Shown here one piece after another: positions 25,463-27,149 of a stretch of 27,149 nt of DNA. The position numbers were made by a program, and so were the translations under genes. Location: the IMG/VR virus record IMGVR_UViG_3300022181_000116, positions 1 to 27,149 of that record. The stretch is one strand, 5' to 3'. Below the pieces are notes generated by a model. The model made no database searches. It saw nothing but the letters and a program-made list of their open reading frames with translations, and had not been told where the DNA came from. Source of the stretch: a virus. Its lineage: Duplodnaviria > Caudoviricetes. How positions within the stretch are numbered: position 1 is the stretch's first letter; every line of letters begins with the position of its first letter.

Positions 25463-27033
25463 TGGACTTAGCTAGATCCGTCAGAATCATCCAACCAAAG
25501 ATCAATCGAATGAATCCTGGTCTGATACATATTCATTCCAAAAGACGTGTCGCCGCTTATGCTCGGGTATCCACAGACAGCGAGGAACAGGCGACCTCTT
25601 ATGAAGCCCAGATTGATTACTACACCAAATTCATCAACGATCGGCCTGACTTTGAGCTCGTGGGTATTTATACGGACGAGGGTATCAGCGCACTCAATAC
25701 AAAAAACCGTGACGGATTCAAGCGTATGATCGCTGATGCACTAGCTGGTAAGATCGACCTAATCGTCACGAAATCAGTCAGTCGGTTTGCCAGAAATACG
25801 GTCGACAGCCTATCAACGGTCAGGAAACTAAAGGAGAAGAACGTCGAGGTATTTTTTCAAAAGGAAAATATTATGACCTTCGATGGCAAGGGTGAGCTTC
25901 TGATCACGATCATGTCATCATTGGCGCAAGAAGAAAGCCGCTCCATATCGGAGAACGTCACCTGGGGGCATCGCAAGCGCATGGCTGATGGCAAGGTCAC
26001 ATTGCCTTATGGTCGATTTCTTGGCTACGAACGCGGGGAGGATGGTAGCCCGAAGATTGTTGAGCACGAAGCGGAAATAATTCGATCAATATTCCGAATG
26101 TTTATTGGCGGCAAGACGTTCTCCGCCATCGCCAAATGGCTGATAGATCATTGCATCCCGACACCAGGTGGCAAGAAGATCTGGCAGGTTGCCACCATCC
26201 GATCCATCCTGACAAATGAGAAATACAAGGGTGACGCGATCCTGCAAAAAGGATTCACGGTCGATTTTCTGACCAAGCAACGTAAAATCAACGAAGGCGA
26301 GATCCCACAGTATTATGTCAAAAACAGCCATCCCGCGATCATTGCCCCGGATGAATTTGATGCGGTCCAGATTGAGATCGAACGGCGAACGAAACTGGGC
26401 CGACCAAACAGTTGTCAAAGTCCCTTCTCGGCCAAGATCGTGTGTGGCGAATGCGGCGGATACTACGGTGCTAAGGTCTGGGGCAGCAACACCAAATACC
26501 GGCGATTGATTTGGCGATGTAATGAGAAATACAGGGGCGAACACAGATGTAAGACGTCACATGTCACTGAGGACGAGATCAAGAAGCAATTTCTGATAGC
26601 GGTAAATGAGTTGATGGGCAACCGGGATGAAGTGATTGCGGATTGCCGTTTAGCGCAGAAGGTACTGAGTGATTGTTCGGAGATCGATGGCAAAATAAAA
26701 GAGCTATATCGTGAAATAAATGTGGTTGCTGGGTTATCCCGGAAAGCGATCCAAGAAAATGCCCGTGTCGCCCAAGATCAGGACGAGTTCAACAAACTGA
26801 TCAACGGGTTTCAGGAACAGCACCGGGTTATGACGGAGCAAATCGCCGTGCTTGAGAACCAGAAGAGCGAACGTCAGAACAAACGTCTGGTGATTGATAA
26901 CTTCATCAACGAACTCGCATCGCGGCCATTGGTGATTGACGAGTTTGATGAACGGTTGTGGATGGCAGCGGTAGAGCGGGTTACGGTTGGGGTTGATAGT
27001 AAGATGGTGTTTGGGTTTAGGGGTAGCGAATGA
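25462..27033 (+). CDS. Large serine recombinase 2 (523 aa)
   Basis: AAYARVST, TKSVSRFARN, AQEESRSISEN, CGECG...WRC...C, C-terminal coiled coil; TAATG coupling to recombinase 1. Confidence 0.96.
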   Translation: MDLARSVRIIQPKINRMNPGLIHIHSKRRVAAYARVSTDSEEQATSYEAQIDYYTKFINDRPDFELVGIYTDEGISALNTKNRDGFKRMIADALAGKIDLIVTKSVSRFARNTVDSLSTVRKLKEKNVEVFFQKENIMTFDGKGELLITIMSSLAQEESRSISENVTWGHRKRMADGKVTLPYGRFLGYERGEDGSPKIVEHEAEIIRSIFRMFIGGKTFSAIAKWLIDHCIPTPGGKKIWQVATIRSILTNEKYKGDAILQKGFTVDFLTKQRKINEGEIPQYYVKNSHPAIIAPDEFDAVQIEIERRTKLGRPNSCQSPFSAKIVCGECGGYYGAKVWGSNTKYRRLIWRCNEKYRGEHRCKTSHVTEDEIKKQFLIAVNELMGNRDEVIADCRLAQKVLSDCSEIDGKIKELYREINVVAGLSRKAIQENARVAQDQDEFNKLINGFQEQHRVMTEQIAVLENQKSERQNKRLVIDNFINELASRPLVIDEFDERLWMAAVERVTVGVDSKMVFGFRGSE

Positions 27034-27149
27034 AAAACACACCTCATGTTTTGGGCTGGATCTGGATATTGAATGATTATTGGATAGGTTGTTCTATGAC
27101 ACGCAAATACGAACACATCCTTGATATTGATCGGAAAATTGCTAATTGA

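Larger units (their letters stand above)
1..27033. mobile_element. Prophage (siphovirus-like): packaging, head, tail, lysis, cargo and recombinase modules; left part outside the window
   Basis: Canonical co-oriented order terL-portal-protease-capsid-connectors-MTP-chaperone-TMP-Dit-tail tip-holins-lysin, then cargo and serine recombinases. att sites not identified. Confidence 0.95.

Noticed and set aside
183-27116. Numerous antisense or alternate-frame ORFs (e.g. 3507-4094, 12630-13307, 18727-19347, 23954-24529)
   Set aside because: They lie within well-supported genes and show no motifs; treated as shadow ORFs.
27034-27149. attR site after the recombinases
   Set aside because: Plausible location, but the partner att site is outside the window and no convincing core or inverted repeat could be identified.

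Overview
Right-hand ~27 kb of a siphovirus-type prophage, most likely in a Clostridia-type Firmicute (inferred from the gene families and GGAGG RBS usage). On the + strand, in order: intein-containing large terminase (5' end outside the window), an AT-rich orphan gene, an IS1182-family element, portal, ClpP-type prohead protease, HK97-type major capsid and a small head-fibre gene. An inserted AbrB/RelE toxin-antitoxin cassette follows with its own promoter and terminator. Next come the head-tail connectors, major tail protein, tail chaperone with a -1 frameshift, tape measure, Dit, two tail-tip proteins, three small membrane (holin-like) genes and a peptidase M15 endolysin. An AT-rich accessory block follows: a secreted LysM protein with an HFS motif, a small orphan and a Zn-ribbon membrane protein. 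The window ends with a four-gene module of an HTH/Zn-finger protein, a SHOCT-like protein and two tandem large serine recombinases. Most notable: a class-3-type intein in the terminase P-loop; a putatively self-cleaving (HF|S) LysM-anchored surface protein behind a leader with a small ORF and two hairpins; the dual-recombinase module; and terminator-like elements inside the late operon. All family assignments come from motif recognition by eye; no database search was run.
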